Source: Lama guanicoe (lineage: Eukaryota). From it: a stretch of DNA of 64,000 nt. The position numbers and the translations under genes are program-made. The stretch covers positions 13,241,861 through 13,305,860 of the forward strand of contig MU055785.1 of the NCBI GenBank assembly GCA_013239625.1. Direction: 5' to 3'. The notes under the pieces are model-generated. The model was not told where the DNA came from. It saw only the letters and a program-made list of their open reading frames with translations, and ran no database searches. This document shows positions 50,930-63,605 of the stretch, in pieces. Each line of letters begins with the position of its first letter. Within the stretch, counting starts at the first letter, position 1.

Positions 50930-51282
50930 TCAGCAGTAGAAAGGAGCGCGTGCTGGCGCGGGCTGCAGCACGCCTGGACTTCGACGGCATCTTGCGAAGA
51001 AAAAGAAGCCAGCCCCGAACGACTGCATGTTGTGAAATTCCACTGATAGGAGATGCCGGAATGGGGAAACCCAGAGAGAAAGAAAGTAACTTTGTGGCTG
51101 CCCGGGCTGGGAGGGCATAGTGGTGACAGCTGAGAGATACGGGGTTTCTTTTTAAGGGTGATGTGCTATAAAAGTTACTGTAGAGATGGGACACCACTCT
51201 GTGGGTCTGCTCAGCACAATTAGGTTACACGCTTTAAATGGGTGAATGGTGTGGCATGTGAAGTGTATCTCAAAAAGCCGTT
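50930..51282 (+). mobile_element. L1MB-type 3' end, GC-shifted
   Basis: aaaaagaagccagccccgaacgactgcatgttgtgaaattccactgatagg...cgctttaaatgggtgaatggtgtggcatgtgaagtgtatctcaaaaagc. Confidence 0.7.
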
Positions 51283-51684
51283 GTTGTTTTTTTTAATTGA
51301 TGGAGCCTAGTTCAATTTCAAGTGCAAATGCTGCACCCCTTTGAGGTCATAAATATCTGAAAGGATGAAGAGAGACACAGGAGGCTCTCCAGGGAGGCGT
51401 GAACCCATCCCTGGGGAGAATGTAGACCCTAGAAGCCAAGAGCCCGGGTTTGAGTCTGAACACCCAGGACAACCAGTCCACGCTGGTACCCGGGTCCTCC
51501 CCGCTGCCACGTGATGGGTCCCCCTTCACGCATCCAGGTCCAGCCTCCAGGCCTTTGTCTACACTATCGTCCCCACGTGGACACGTCTGTCGCCTCCCTC
51601 ACTGACCCACGTCCACTGTCTCCTTCTATAATAACAGTAGGCCAGTCACAGCAGACGTGTCTCCCAGTATCACACTAGGATGGA

Positions 51685-52092
51685 CATGGCCGGGTCCTGA
51701 CCCCCAGTCCCGAGGAGTGTGACCTTATTCGGAAATGAGGTCTTTGCAGATGTGATTAAGGTGAGGATCGAGATGGGATCATCGCAGATCAGGGCGGCCC
51801 TGAATCCGACGAGTGTCCTCGTGAAAGATGGAACAGGAGACGCAGAGACACAGAAGAAGACTGCAGGCAGACGGAGGCGGAGACTGAGGGATGCGGCCAC
51901 CAGCCAGAGAATGGCAGGGTGCGGCCACCGCCGGAAGCTGGGGGAGGCAGGAAGGACGCTTCTGTAGGGCCTTAGGAGGGAGCACAGCCCGGCCGACACC
52001 TTGACCTCGGACTTCCGGCCTTCAGAACCGTGAGAGAATAAATGTCTATTGTTTGAAGCCACCAAGTTTATGGTTCTCTGTTACAGCGGCCT
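51685..52092 (+). mobile_element. MLT1 (MLT1B/C-like) solo LTR
   Basis: gtgtgaccttattcggaaatgaggtctttgcagatgtgattaag...gacaccttgacctcggacttccggccttcagaaccgtgagagaataaatgtctattgtttgaagccaccaagtttatgg. Confidence 0.8.
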
Positions 52093-53264
52093 TTTTAAAG
52101 AAGAGGAGGCTGAGGCCCAGAAAGGCTTAGTAACTTGCCAAGGACACACAGCTCATGAGCGGCCGACTGTGGTTTGAATCAGGTGCTTTGTGCTGTGATC
52201 TCCTCCACTCCACCAGCTGGGACGGCCGGGCAGAGACCCAGGAGGGGTTTCAGCGAGCGTCGGACAAACCCGGAGCAGCGACTGACTGTCTGCAGGCTCT
52301 CCCCACCCCTATGACTGCGATCATCTCTCACTGACCCTCACAGACCACTGCTTCCTTGCATTTGCCGGAAAAACCGCAGAGGCAACAAAAACAGGCTCTC
52401 GTTCCCTTAATCACTTGAAAGAAAGAGGCAAGATCTCTCTTCTCCCCAAGCTCCTATTTGTCTGCGTCAGGAACTGCATGCGGGACACAGGACTTTGCCG
52501 ACCGGATGACCGTGTCTGCTTCTCAAAATTAAATCTGCACAGCCGAGCCCAGGCAGAGGAAGCTGGAACTTTTCCCCACTAATTTGCAAAAGGTCTGCAT
52601 TCATCAGCAGGCTCAGCCCAGGGGCAGCCGGGGGGCCTGGGGGCTGCTGCTCGAGGGGCTCAACCCTCTTGATGTGGACCTCACGTCCTGGTGGATCCTC
52701 GCAGACTTCTCAGCAGACACGCTCCTTAACGATTAAGGAGGAGAGCAGGGATGCTCGGCCCAGCCAGCGGGAGAGACACCACCCAGCCGGCAGCTCTAGT
52801 GCATGTGCCACGCCAGCAGCAGCCAGAGGATGCTCTGCGCGCCCTGGAAACCTCCTAATTCAGACACTGCATTTGCTGGTGTAGACGAGGGCCAGATATT
52901 TTTTTATCCTAATTTTACGAAGAAATTAGAGATGGTGGCATGTGAAATACTTGTAATTTTAGATGGATGATAGATAGATAATGAATTTAAATGGTTGGCA
53001 GCATAAAACATTTTTTTGTTATGTTTGCTACATTAAGCTGTTTCGGACTACCCTTCTTACTTTCTTCGGATTTTTTCTTTTTCATTTTTTTTTTGTTTGT
53101 TTGGTGATAGACCAGAATGTCTCCTTTCTGTCCTATTATCTGGTTCTTTTCAAATTCTCTTTAACACACAGATTAAATTTGATGCTAGAGCCATGGTTCA
53201 GTGACCCTGAGCCAAAACCTACCCTAGTCATTCATTTCATTCTGGAGTGTTAGGGAAATTTAAA

Positions 53265-54020
53265 TACGACGGAATTAGTCATTGCGAAATGCAAATTAAA
53301 GCATCATTATGCTTGCTGGAATGGCTGATTTTTTTTCAAATGGACTGTACTTCAGTTTTAAAAAAAAAGACAGATCATCTCAAGTGTTGGCCTGGACATG
53401 GGGAAACTGGAACCTGCATGTGTCGGTGGCAGGAACGTAAAATGATGAGCCGTTTGGCAGTTTATCAACGCATTACGTGCTCGCTTGCCTGCGAGCCGGT
53501 GACTCTGCCCCTAGCTGTCTGAGGAATGGAAACCTCCTGCCCGCCCGGAGACGGGGGGACAAACATTGTGGCACAGCACTGCTCGTAACCGCCCCAAACT
53601 GGGACCAGTCCAAATACCCGTCCACTTGGGAAGCGGAAACAAATTGAGGGACAAAGAACAGAACACTGTTTGGCAGTAAGAAGGGGAAAAAAGCTACTAA
53701 GGCAGCAAACAGCCTGGAGGAAAGAAGCCAGGCACACACACACACACACACACACAAATTACATGTTGTAAGAGTCCACAATAGGAAATTTCTAGAAAAG
53801 ACAAAACTTGCGAGACGGGAAGCCCGTCGGTGACTGCCTGGGGCCCGATGCAGGAGCAGAGACTAACTGCAGATGGCGCAAGGGGGGCTCAGGCCGATGA
53901 AAGTGCTCTGAGGCGGAGGAGTGGTGGTGGTTCACGCCGCTGCGTGAAGCCACGGACGTTGGTCACACTGCGCAGTTAAAAGGGGTAGGTTGCATAGTGT
54001 GTGTATTTGTCCTCAGAATG
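53265..54020 (+). mobile_element. Old L1MB/MC 3' region, GC-shifted
   Basis: attagtcattgcgaaatgcaaattaaagc...caagtgttggcctggacatggggaaactggaac...ttctagaaaagacaaaact. Confidence 0.7.
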
Positions 54021-55216
54021 TGTCCCCTGGGGCCGTCAAAGGGCTCGGGGAGTAAACTGCATTCTACTCTTAACCCGGGGGATGCAGGTTGTGGCTTGTC
54101 CTTTGTTCAGAAAAGGTCAGGAACGGGGGAGACCTCTCCGTTTGCTGCGAGGCCGTGTTACCGATCTCGGCCACTAGGCGGTGCTATCACCCATTGCTAA
54201 CGAGGGAGACGCTCGGTTTTCAGTGTGTGATTACAGCCAAGGAGGATTCATGGGGTGTTTTGGAGAAGCGTGGGCAGGCAGTGCTGAGAGCAGCATGAGT
54301 TCTCTGTGCCAACAACTAGCATGGCATTCGCTGGGCAGTGAGATGTGGAAACCTTCCGGCCACCGCCGAGGCAGCCCACGGACTCAGAGCGGACCCCTGG
54401 CCCTGCCCGTGCGTCCTGCCCCCTGGAGAAGGCCTGGGGTACCAGCCGTGCTCATGCCCAGGCCGCCGAGTGCCCGGGCAGACGTGGAGCCGGGGACGCG
54501 CCCAGCTCAGCGAGGGCCCCTCCCTCCCACCACCGCGCCACTGCACCTCGCCCCCCACCCCGGACCAGCTGGGTGCTCTTGGCATTCACCCGGCGGCATC
54601 TCCTTGACAGAATGTGGGGCGGCCCCTGTTGCCCAGATTCAGTCGTGCTGCCCGTCCCGTCCCTGAGTCCGACACCCGTTCTGGGACCCAAGATCCTTCT
54701 GTCAAATTCCCTTTGGCTTGAGTTGTGCAGAGTTCATTTCTGAGCTCGCAGTCCCAAAGGCGCACTTGGTGAAAAGCTCTCTGGATGAGCACCAGGAAAG
54801 CCCACTTCCACAATCCTCCCCTCTTAGGCCCCACGGCTGTGGGATCAAGAGCTCACCGTCGGTACCTCGGGCCTCCGAGTTAGCATCTCCCTCGCCCTGG
54901 GGCAACCCAGTGGCCCTGGCAGGGGCCTCCATTTAGCTCAGTGCATCGTGCTTGAGCATAAGTGTGTCTACTAGAGAGCTGGCTGTGTCCACGTGGACAC
55001 CATGCTGGCTCCTTTGGGGGACATCCCGACTAGCTGGCTTCCGGAAGAGATGAGAGCTGGGATTTAAGCGATTCACACAAAGCTTATTTATCATATTCAC
55101 GCAAAGCTGGGTGCAGGTCACCCTGGGCTCTGTTCTATCCAGTAGCTTAGGGATTTGACTCACGCCGTCCCGCACCCAGCGTTGCCCCACCAGGGACAGA
55201 AAACAGAGATCTGGAC

Positions 55217-55750
55217 TATTTACAACAGCCAAGACATGGGCACAGCCTAAGTGTCCATTGACAGATGACTGGGTAAACAAGATGTGGGGGGGGTTACATA
55301 TATATAGTGGAATACTACTCTGCCATAAAAAATGAGATAGCGCCATTTGCAGCAAAGTGGATGGACCTAGAGATAATCGTTACTTACGTGAAGTAAGTCA
55401 GACAGAGAAAGACAAATATTATATGATGTCACGTATATGTGGAATCTAAACAAATGACACAAATGAACTTATTTACAAAAGAGACTCACAGACAGAGAAA
55501 ACAAGCTAACAGTTACCAAAGGGGAAAGAGGGAAGGGGGATAAATTAGGAGTTTGGGATGAACAGATACACACTACCTTATATGGAACAGATAAACAACA
55601 AGGATTTACCATACAGCACAGGGAACTATATTCAATACCTTGCAATGGCCCATCATGGAAAAAAATCTGAGAAAAGAATCTGAGAAAGAACTGAATCACT
55701 TTGCTGTACACCTGAAACTAACCCAGCATTGTAAACCAACGATGCACCAG
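55217..55750 (+). mobile_element. L1 3' end
   Basis: tatttacaacagccaagacatgggcacagcctaagtgtccattgacagatgactgg...gtcagacagagaaagacaaatattatatg...ctgtacacctgaaactaac. Confidence 0.88.
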
Positions 55751-58700
55751 TAAGAACAAACAGCAGAGAGCTGTTCCGCTGGCTCTGACCTGCCTCAGCC
55801 CAGAAGGGAAACACACCAACTGCCCGCATGGGTCATGGGCCGCGAGGGGACTGGGACACCTGACCTTCTCAGTGACTCGGGAAGGAGAGGAGGGCTGGGC
55901 ACGGAAGCACACCTGGAAAGTCTCTGACGCCAGCCGTGTGCTGTTGGTGACAGAGAGGGTCCCAAGGAACAGGAGCAACACAGGTAGGACCGGCCTCTTC
56001 TGCCCGCTCCCTAGTGTCCCTGGGGCAGCCTCTGCCCCCAGGACTGGCCTGTGAAACATCCTTGACTCACAGCCATTGCGTCTGTCTATACTTCCGTGAG
56101 GCAAAAAGATCAAAAACAGAAAGCGACTACATCGTTGAGAAATAAAGGACATATTTCTCAACTGCTGCCTTTCTTGCAAAAAAAAAAAAAAGTGACATCT
56201 CGCTGGGAAGTTGATGTCTCGTATTCCGTGTGCCATCCCAAAGGGCGGTTCCATTTAATAACTCAATTACAGCGCTGGACCTTCTGCCGACTCTTGCCTT
56301 CTTAAATTGAATTGTTTTTTGTTTTAAATGAACGTTTTGGAATAGGTTCTCCATCTTGTATTAGAAGCCAATTGACGGATGACTCGAGTTCGGCTCCTGC
56401 ACCCCAGTTTGCGCTGTGAATGAATTGGAAGTAAATGAGGTGGGAGTTGGGCTTCCCTGTAGTGGCAGAAGCCAGAATTACTGGTCCGTGGGCTGCCAGC
56501 CCGCAGCGCTGTTAGCGTCCGTCCTCAGGGACGGAGGGAAATTTGCTCCGCTAGCGTTCGGGACGAGCGGCAACTCCCCAGGACTGATCTGTTAAATGGT
56601 TTGCTGTTGCGAGTCCGTGTTTCTCCAGTGGTTAACGGCTGGCGGGAATTCAGAGATGCAGTCCTTCGCATCTCCCCACCACCGGGAAATCCACCCGCCT
56701 GGACCCGTGCGGGTCAGTTCCGGCAAGACCAGCTACCTTTTGTGTTCCGACCCTCCGGGTGCCCCCAAGGGACTCTTACAAGAGTCTCATTAAAAAAAAA
56801 GAATTATAAAAAGGACCTTTCCAACAACAACAACAACAAAAATTAATTGCTGGAGCTCTTCCAACCAGAGACCGGGGCAGCATCATGACCACCCACCTGA
56901 GAAAATGCAGAACCTTGTTCCCTACCCTCCGCTTTCCGCGCGCCGTGGGTGCAAGCAGGTGCAGTTCAGACTCTTTCCCTTTGGGACTGGCCCAGGCTCC
57001 AGCCCGTCAGGACAGACCAGAGGTGCACTGCTGACCGATCAGAAGGGACGCGGGCTGCCCCTGCGCGACCCTGCAGAGCATCAGCGCTGCGTGTGAGTCC
57101 GCGTCTATCGGGTCAGACGTGCAGGACAAAGCATCGCTTGTTTTCCTACAAGTCACCCTGATTTCTGACTCTCGGGCCAGTAGGAAACAAGTTCACCCCA
57201 ATCCTTGGAGCTTCTGTCCGTCCGCATCTTTGTAACCGCTCCTGGCTCCCCCGCTGCCGCAGTGAGGCAGATCTGGGTTCGTGGTCCCGAGCCACCCGGG
57301 TCCCCCCGAGCCTCCTTCCTTCCTGGATTGTGGTCTGTGCACCCACAGTTGTCGCTACGCCAAACCCAAGTCCCCGGCCTCGTTTCCAAGGCAACGACGC
57401 CTTCCAGGATCTCGAGTTTGTTCCCGAGGGAAGCAGATCAAGGTTCCTCTTCCTCTGCCTAATTCAAGGCCGTCTTCAAAAAGCCGCCCCATTCGCGTCC
57501 CCTAAATGCTTTTAGAAACTCAGACTAGAAGGATTTACAGACAGTCTCTCTCTTCCGCCTGCCTCCCGGACGTCTGTGGAGCTCCTGCACTGGGGATGGA
57601 GAAGAACAGGGTGCCTTCCTTCAGGGAGCTTCCACCCCAGACGCGGCCCCGACCTGGGGTGCAGTACAGTGTCCTGGGTGGGGAGCCCTCCGGGGCGCCC
57701 AGCGGGGAGTGGGGGTGGGGAGGGATGGGGGCGGGGAGGTCACATTTGCACGAAGACATGCGACGGTGGGGTAGGAGCCACATGGACGTCTGGGGAAAGC
57801 GTTCCCCAGGTATAGACATTTGGTCGTGTTCAAGGCAAAGCAAGAGACGGTGGTGTGTGGAAAGCACGCGAGGGGAGAGGAATGGGAGGGGGCCAGGAAG
57901 GCCGAGGGCGTCCGGACCCTGCAGGACTTTGCCTCTCACTCTATGTAAGATGCGAACCAGGGGGTCTCGTTCCGGTGCCAAAGGGCACACCCCACCTGCT
58001 GTGCGGGAAGTGGATTCTCTTGAAATAGGATCCAGCCACCTACATCAGAAAATGCTGGAACCCAGCACCGTCCTCGTCCGCACATCAAGGGGTCTCTTGT
58101 TGGCTGTGAGGTGGGGCCTGTGCCAGGAGCAGAGAGGCACCCGTCGCATGCAAGGATCCTTTCCTGTTCCCGAAATGGGAAGGGAGACAAGTCAGCCTCG
58201 CGCACCCCATTGATTTGTGCGTTGAAGGTCGGAAGAGATGTGCGAGCCAACAAAGGACGCCTGTGCTAGGGAAGGGTCAGCCGGGAGGGGCCGCTAATTA
58301 AGATGCAGCTCAAAAGGCAGCCAGTGGACTGAGACTCTAATTAATGAGACACCGTCTAGGAACGTCCAGGGCTGGGAACGCGGCGTCCTGAGAGCCACAA
58401 CAGGCGGCATTCACGGGAGGGGGAGGGAGGCGTCGCCCACGCGCCTGGGAGTGGGGAGGGGATGGGGGCGCCGGGACAGGACGCCCGACCCGTGGTCGGC
58501 GTCCCCTCATCCCAGCCTCTGGCGTGGGGCGGAGGCACCTCCCTGCCTCCGTTGCTTGATGAAATGCTCATAAAAATCACCTCCCTCTCCCAGACGCCAA
58601 GGCGGGGATGGCACAGGAATAAGAATCATGCTTGGGCCACTTTGGAGGAAAGACGCATGCATTTGGAGGATTATTACAACTTTTCTAGTGCAAAGAAGTT

Positions 58701-58759
58701 AACGGTAATTCATCTTCGGGAAGGGTCTATATAATTATCTGGTTTTTAAAAAGGCGTTT

Positions 58760-59265
58760 CCCCATCCCCACTCCTAGGCACACAGGCCAGTGAAACCACG
58801 GCCTTCATCCACACAAAACACGTGTCCTCAGTTGCTGGCGGCAGCATTATTCATAGGCGCCAAAATATGGCCTGCGAACAACCAAACGTCCATCAGCGGA
58901 TGAACGGAGACGTGAAATGAGGTCTGTCCACACACTGGAATATTTCTCAGCCTTGAAAAGGAACAGAATTCTGACACAGGCTACAGCACGGATGAACCTT
59001 GAAAACATGATACTGAGTGAAATAAACCAGATGCAAAAGGCCGTCCAGGGTGTGCTCCCCTTTATACGAAGTACCCAGAGTAAGCAAATCCACAGGGACA
59101 GAAGGCAGACGAGGGGTTGCCAGGGCTGGGAGGGAGAGTGGTTAGAGGGTGACCCCTGGTTGCGGGGTTTCCTTTTGGGGTGATGGAGATGCTTTGAAAC
59201 GAAACGCAGGTGATGGGTGCGCTGGCCGTGGCATGTTCCATCCGCGAGTGGCATCTGAATTGCAT
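58760..59265 (+). mobile_element. L1MB-type 3' region
   Basis: ORF MRSVHTLEYFSALKRNRILTQATARMNLENMILSEINQMQK is the L1 ORF2 C-terminus. Confidence 0.8.
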
Positions 59266-59984
59266 CTCAGCAACGCTGGCTGTTTTCAGAGGACCTTTCC
59301 TGAGATGTTTAATACATGCATTTGCTTTTTTCAAAGTCAATTTACAGTGTGTTTGGGGATATTACTGTCAGATCGTGTAGGGGCCTGGAGCCTGGGCTTC
59401 AGGGCCCGGCTGGCCAGGGTCCCGGCTCCGCGCCCCTCCTCGCCGCCACACTGGGAAGCTGTAGATGCTTTAGCAAGCTACGTAAGCTTTCTGCCACTCC
59501 ATTTCCTAACCTATGACGTGGGGAGAGTTGAAGTACCTGCCTCATGGGGTCGTTGGGGGCAGGAAATTAACCAGCACCTGCCAGGGGGCCGGGACCAGCG
59601 TGCGGCACTTGGAAAGGCTCACAATCATGGTGGGCTGCGAGGTGGCTGTGCGGTCGCTGCCGTCCCTGGTAATGACAGTGCCGACCGGCCGAGTTCAGCG
59701 TCAGCTCAGAGGGCTGTTGTGCATAAAGGAAGGCGCTCCTGCTGGGGGCTTGGCAGTCAGGAGACTGGACGGGTCAAATGCAAACCCCTGGGCCTCGGTC
59801 GCCACTGTTTCCACTGTGGTAACATCGCCCCATTCCCTGCTGCCACGCTGGTGCTCAAATGTGGCAAATAATCCCCAGGAAAGGCCCCTGCCGAGGATGA
59901 AAGAGGGGCTCGGGGATTCGGTGATGCTCCCCGCAAAGGCGGAGTTGGAGTCCTCACCCTCAGCCTCTGCGAATGCGGCCTGAC

Positions 59985-60348
59985 TGGGACAGACGGTCTT
60001 CATCTCAGGTGCCACCAACTCAAGATGTGACCACTGAGATGAGCCCCCGTCCGGTAGGACCGGGGGCCTCACGAGAAGAGGGAGGTTCGGACACAGACAC
60101 GCACAGGAGGAGACCGGGGGGTGGCGGGGGCAGAGACTGGACTGGTGCCAGGGGGACCGAGGGCTGCCAGCCTCCATCAGGAGCCGGGACAGGCGGGGGG
60201 CGGGATTCCCCGGACAGGCTTCAGAGGGAGCGCAGCCCTGCCAACACTCCGGGACTCCGGGCCTGCGGAGCTGGGAGAGAGTCCTTTTATATTGTTTTCG
60301 GCCCCCTGGGTTGTGAGCCCTAGAAAAGGAACACAGATGGAAACCTAA
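59985..60348 (+). mobile_element. MLT1-like solo LTR, GC-shifted
   Basis: ...acacagacacgcacagg...gggagcgcagccctgccaacactccgggactccgggcctgcggagctgggagaga...ttgttttcggcccc...gccctagaaaaggaacaca. Confidence 0.65.
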
Positions 60349-63257
60349 GTGATGGTGATGCTGATGGCTGCTGTGGACGCCGGACATGCTGGCGACGCCC
60401 CGGGAAGTGCCGGCTGGTCTGATCACTTGCGATCGTCCCTGGGGACCTGTGGGCTGGCCAGTCGGCTCTCCCCGCTCAGCTCAGAAAGCCCCCCGCGGCC
60501 CTCTGCGCTGACACGCTGGCCCGGACACCTTCTGCTTCTGGACCTGGACCCTCACTGGCCCAAGACCCTGTTGTGCTAAGACTTCTGGAAGGAATTGCAC
60601 CGTGAAGGCACGCAGAGATGACAGAGGAGAAGTCTAGCTGAGAGCGGTCGCCACATGGACGGACCTGTCGGGTCATGGGTGGAGGAGGCCCGGCCTCTTG
60701 CTCCCTGGGGAGGCTGGGAGGGAGTCTTCCTGCGGGAACGCCCTCTCCTCCCCCAGCCTCCCCACCGCCTCCTGGTCCTCGCTGCTCCTGGAAACCCCCA
60801 GTGCCTGCAAAGCAGAAATGATGAGAACAGGAGCTTCCGTTTGTCCATCAGCTGCATTTCCCTGTCGGCATCTCCCAGAGCATTTTTTTTAAATCAGTTC
60901 CACCCCCCCCCACCAAATTGTGCAGAACTCTTGGGGATCGCTTCCTTGGGAAACGAGTAGGGAGGGGACAGCGTGGTCGGGTAGCAAGTCCCACCCGGCC
61001 GGCTCCGTCAGGCCTGCTGTCCCCCACCCGCCAGTAATGAGGTTTCTCTTCTCTCCCTGGTGAGAAAAGCTGCAGCGGAGCTGGGTGTCTGCACGCAGCC
61101 TGGTTAGAGGGAAGATTACGCTAGAGGGTGGGATTTCGAGAGGTCGCCCCCCGCAAGGCCCGTGTGTGTGAGTGTGTGTGCACATGTGTACATAATGTAT
61201 TCTTCATCACAGGATTATGTAGATGGCTGGTTGCACCTAACAGAGTCAGCTTGTTAGTCAAATGGCTCTTCCTTGGGCTCATCTGCCCTGGATCCAGAGC
61301 CTTCATTTCAAGCACCCTCACTAATCAGCTTGCCGGCCGGCTGCTGGGCGGCCCAGTGCGTCATTTTAACTAGGATGCTTTGAATTGGGAAAATGAAGCG
61401 CCTTCTTGGAGTAATGTTTCTGGTGCTGTAAATTAGGCTGAATTGTCAGTCGCTGCCTGGCCCTTCTCCCTTAACAGCCCTGCCTTTTTTTCCGGGCCGC
61501 CTCTGGGATCCGTTGGCTTTGCCACCAACGGGACGGCCACCTTCTCTTGCCTCTTCCCAGAGGTGCCATCCAGAAACTGGACACTCGTCCCCTCTCCCTG
61601 TCAGAACCCGAGGACCGCCTTCTTCCAGAAGCGAAAAGTCTTCTCCAGAGGGATGGGTGGACGGAGGGGGAGCCAAGATTTCGGCCAAGACGCTTTGTTG
61701 ACACTTGCGAACCTTGTCCCCTCTTGGGAGTCTGGGGAGGCTGCTGGGCCTGGCATCCTGCTCCAAAGATCCGCACCCAGAGCTGGTTTCCATGCCTGAG
61801 CCGGAAGTAAGGGCAGTGAAACCGCAGAGGGGAGAACCACACGGAAACGAATGTCTCACAGCAGGATCCTGCCAAACGGACCTCACCATCGTTTGGCAGA
61901 TGAGAGTTGGAGGGGGAAGCCTTTTTCTTTGTTTCAGGGGGAGGGGAAATTGATCAATTGTAGACCCCAAATTCACCGGGTGATTGATGCCAGCCGGCTC
62001 CCCTTCGCCCCACAGCCTGGGGTCCAGCTCCAAAGCCCCCAGGAGAGCCCGCTGCCACTGCCCCCGGGGGTCCTCCTGGACCTGAAAGTTTAATTAAACG
62101 ACTCCTCCATCGACTCCCCGGCGATGCTACGTGAGGTCCCAAGTCAGTCACAGTTGAATGCTCACCTCGTACAGCAGAGGGGCTGCGGTGCTCAGGGGCG
62201 ATTTGGTGAAAGAGGACCCAGAAATCCAGAGGCGCGGTTCTCGGGTTCTGTTTCCCAGGATTGAGGATGGCAGGGCTGGTGTCCGTGGAGTCGCTGCCTT
62301 TGCGCCAGTTTGGTGAGGGCGGGGGGTTCTGCTCAGGCTATCTCGTCACATTCCCAGAGCAGCCCTGGAGGAAAGTGGGGTTGTCCCATTTTGCAGATGA
62401 GGAAAACAAAGGCCCAGAGCAGGCAGGACCTGGAACCCCACGCAGCAAGCGTCAGGCAGCGTGGTGGACACTCTGATTTTGTCTCACGGAAGCAGTGCCC
62501 CCGGATGCTAGCCGCTGGGCTGGCTCTCTCTCTCTCTTTTTTTTTTTTTTGGTTTTCAAAATTGGACCTCTGACCTTCCCAGAGCCGGCCACGTGAGCCA
62601 GGGGACCATCCAGCCATCTCAAATGTCCTCCATCCAGCTCCACGGCGTGTTTACCCGACCTCCTGCGCTTCAGGAAGAGACGATGGTTGATTTTTCTCTT
62701 CATATACGTTTCCTTTCGAAGCAGGCATTTGCCATGTCAGCGCCGTGCTTAAGTCTGGAAAGGCTTCGTTCTTCAAGGATTCACAGTCACCCTCCTTGAG
62801 CTAAACGTGTGCAGGGAGCCAAGCGCGGCGGTAACCCGGAAAGTCTCATGGCCGCCAGCGGCGACGCACTTACAGAATCAGCCGACCCCAGCACCCCTTC
62901 CTGTTCGATGCGCGTGCCTGGGCCTTAGGGCAGTGCTTCCTGCGGGTCCCAAGCCCCCGGGGTCTCCCCCGTGCCGTGCCGATGACCGCAGTGCGATGCA
63001 AATCCACCCACATCCGGCAAAGGATGCAGGCTTCCGGGCAGGGCAGGTCGTGGGGCTGAGGTTCAAATTCAGCTTGAAACATAGCGAATCGGAGGAAGCA
63101 ACAACCGAAGAAAAGCGGGGAGGACCATGGCAGCAGTTAACACGTACAAGGGGGCTCGGCTCTGCGAAGCAGAATGACTGGAACACCGAAGAATTAAGAG
63201 ACACCCTCGGGGCACATCCTGAGAGCCCCATCACTTTGAGAAGATGATCTCCTTGTT

Positions 63258-63605
63258 CAGGGCTTGGCGAAGGTTTTCTGGAACGGGCTTGACAGTAAAC
63301 ATGTAAAGTTTTGCAGGGACATAGTCTGTCACATGCTCTCTTCCCTTTTTTTTTAAAGCCTTGACAAATGTAAAAGCCATCTCTCAGTGGGGCGGGCGTA
63401 GGTCAAGTGGTAGAGCGCGTGCCTAGCATGCATGAAGTCCTGGGTGCAGTCCCCAGTGCCTCTGGTGAAAACCCAGATAAATCAATAAACTGCATTTCCT
63501 CCCTCCTGCCAAAAAAAAAAAAAAAAACTTAAAAAAGAATTTAAAAATCACTCTCAGCTCATGAGTCCGTATAAAAACCGACCACGGGCAGGGTTGGGCC
63601 CCTGA
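63258..63605 (+). mobile_element. MER58C-like hAT-Charlie MITE, split by the SINE
   Basis: 5' end cagggcttggcgaaggttttctggaacgggc...gtaaacatgtaaagttttgcagg and 3' end ctcatgagtccgtataaaaac...gggcagggttgggcccctg resemble MER58 termini. Confidence 0.6.
63389..63540 (+). mobile_element. Camelid tRNA-derived SINE (Vic-1-like) inserted into a MER58-type MITE
   Basis: GGGGCGGGCGTAGGTCAAGTGGTAGAGCGCGTGCCTAGCATGCATGAAGTCCTGGGTGCAGTCCCCAGTGCCTC...polyA. Imperfect TSD: aaaagccatctctcag before, aaaaatcactctcag after. Confidence 0.85.

Noticed and set aside
53865-53881. CTCF-like motif ctgcagatggcgc (also ccagcaggtgggg at ~27881)
   Set aside because: Partial matches expected by chance in GC-rich sequence, and the first lies in an L1 remnant.
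57506-60426. Several 235-241 aa ORFs (57506-58213, 59149-59871, 59701-60426)
   Set aside because: They lie in GC-rich intronic or repeat DNA (L1MB, MIR, MLT1) that is depleted of stop codons. No recognisable domains.
63389-63465. Possible tRNA gene (also 41745-41818)
   Set aside because: The tRNA-like head continues into a SINE body with poly(A) and TSDs, so it is a SINE.
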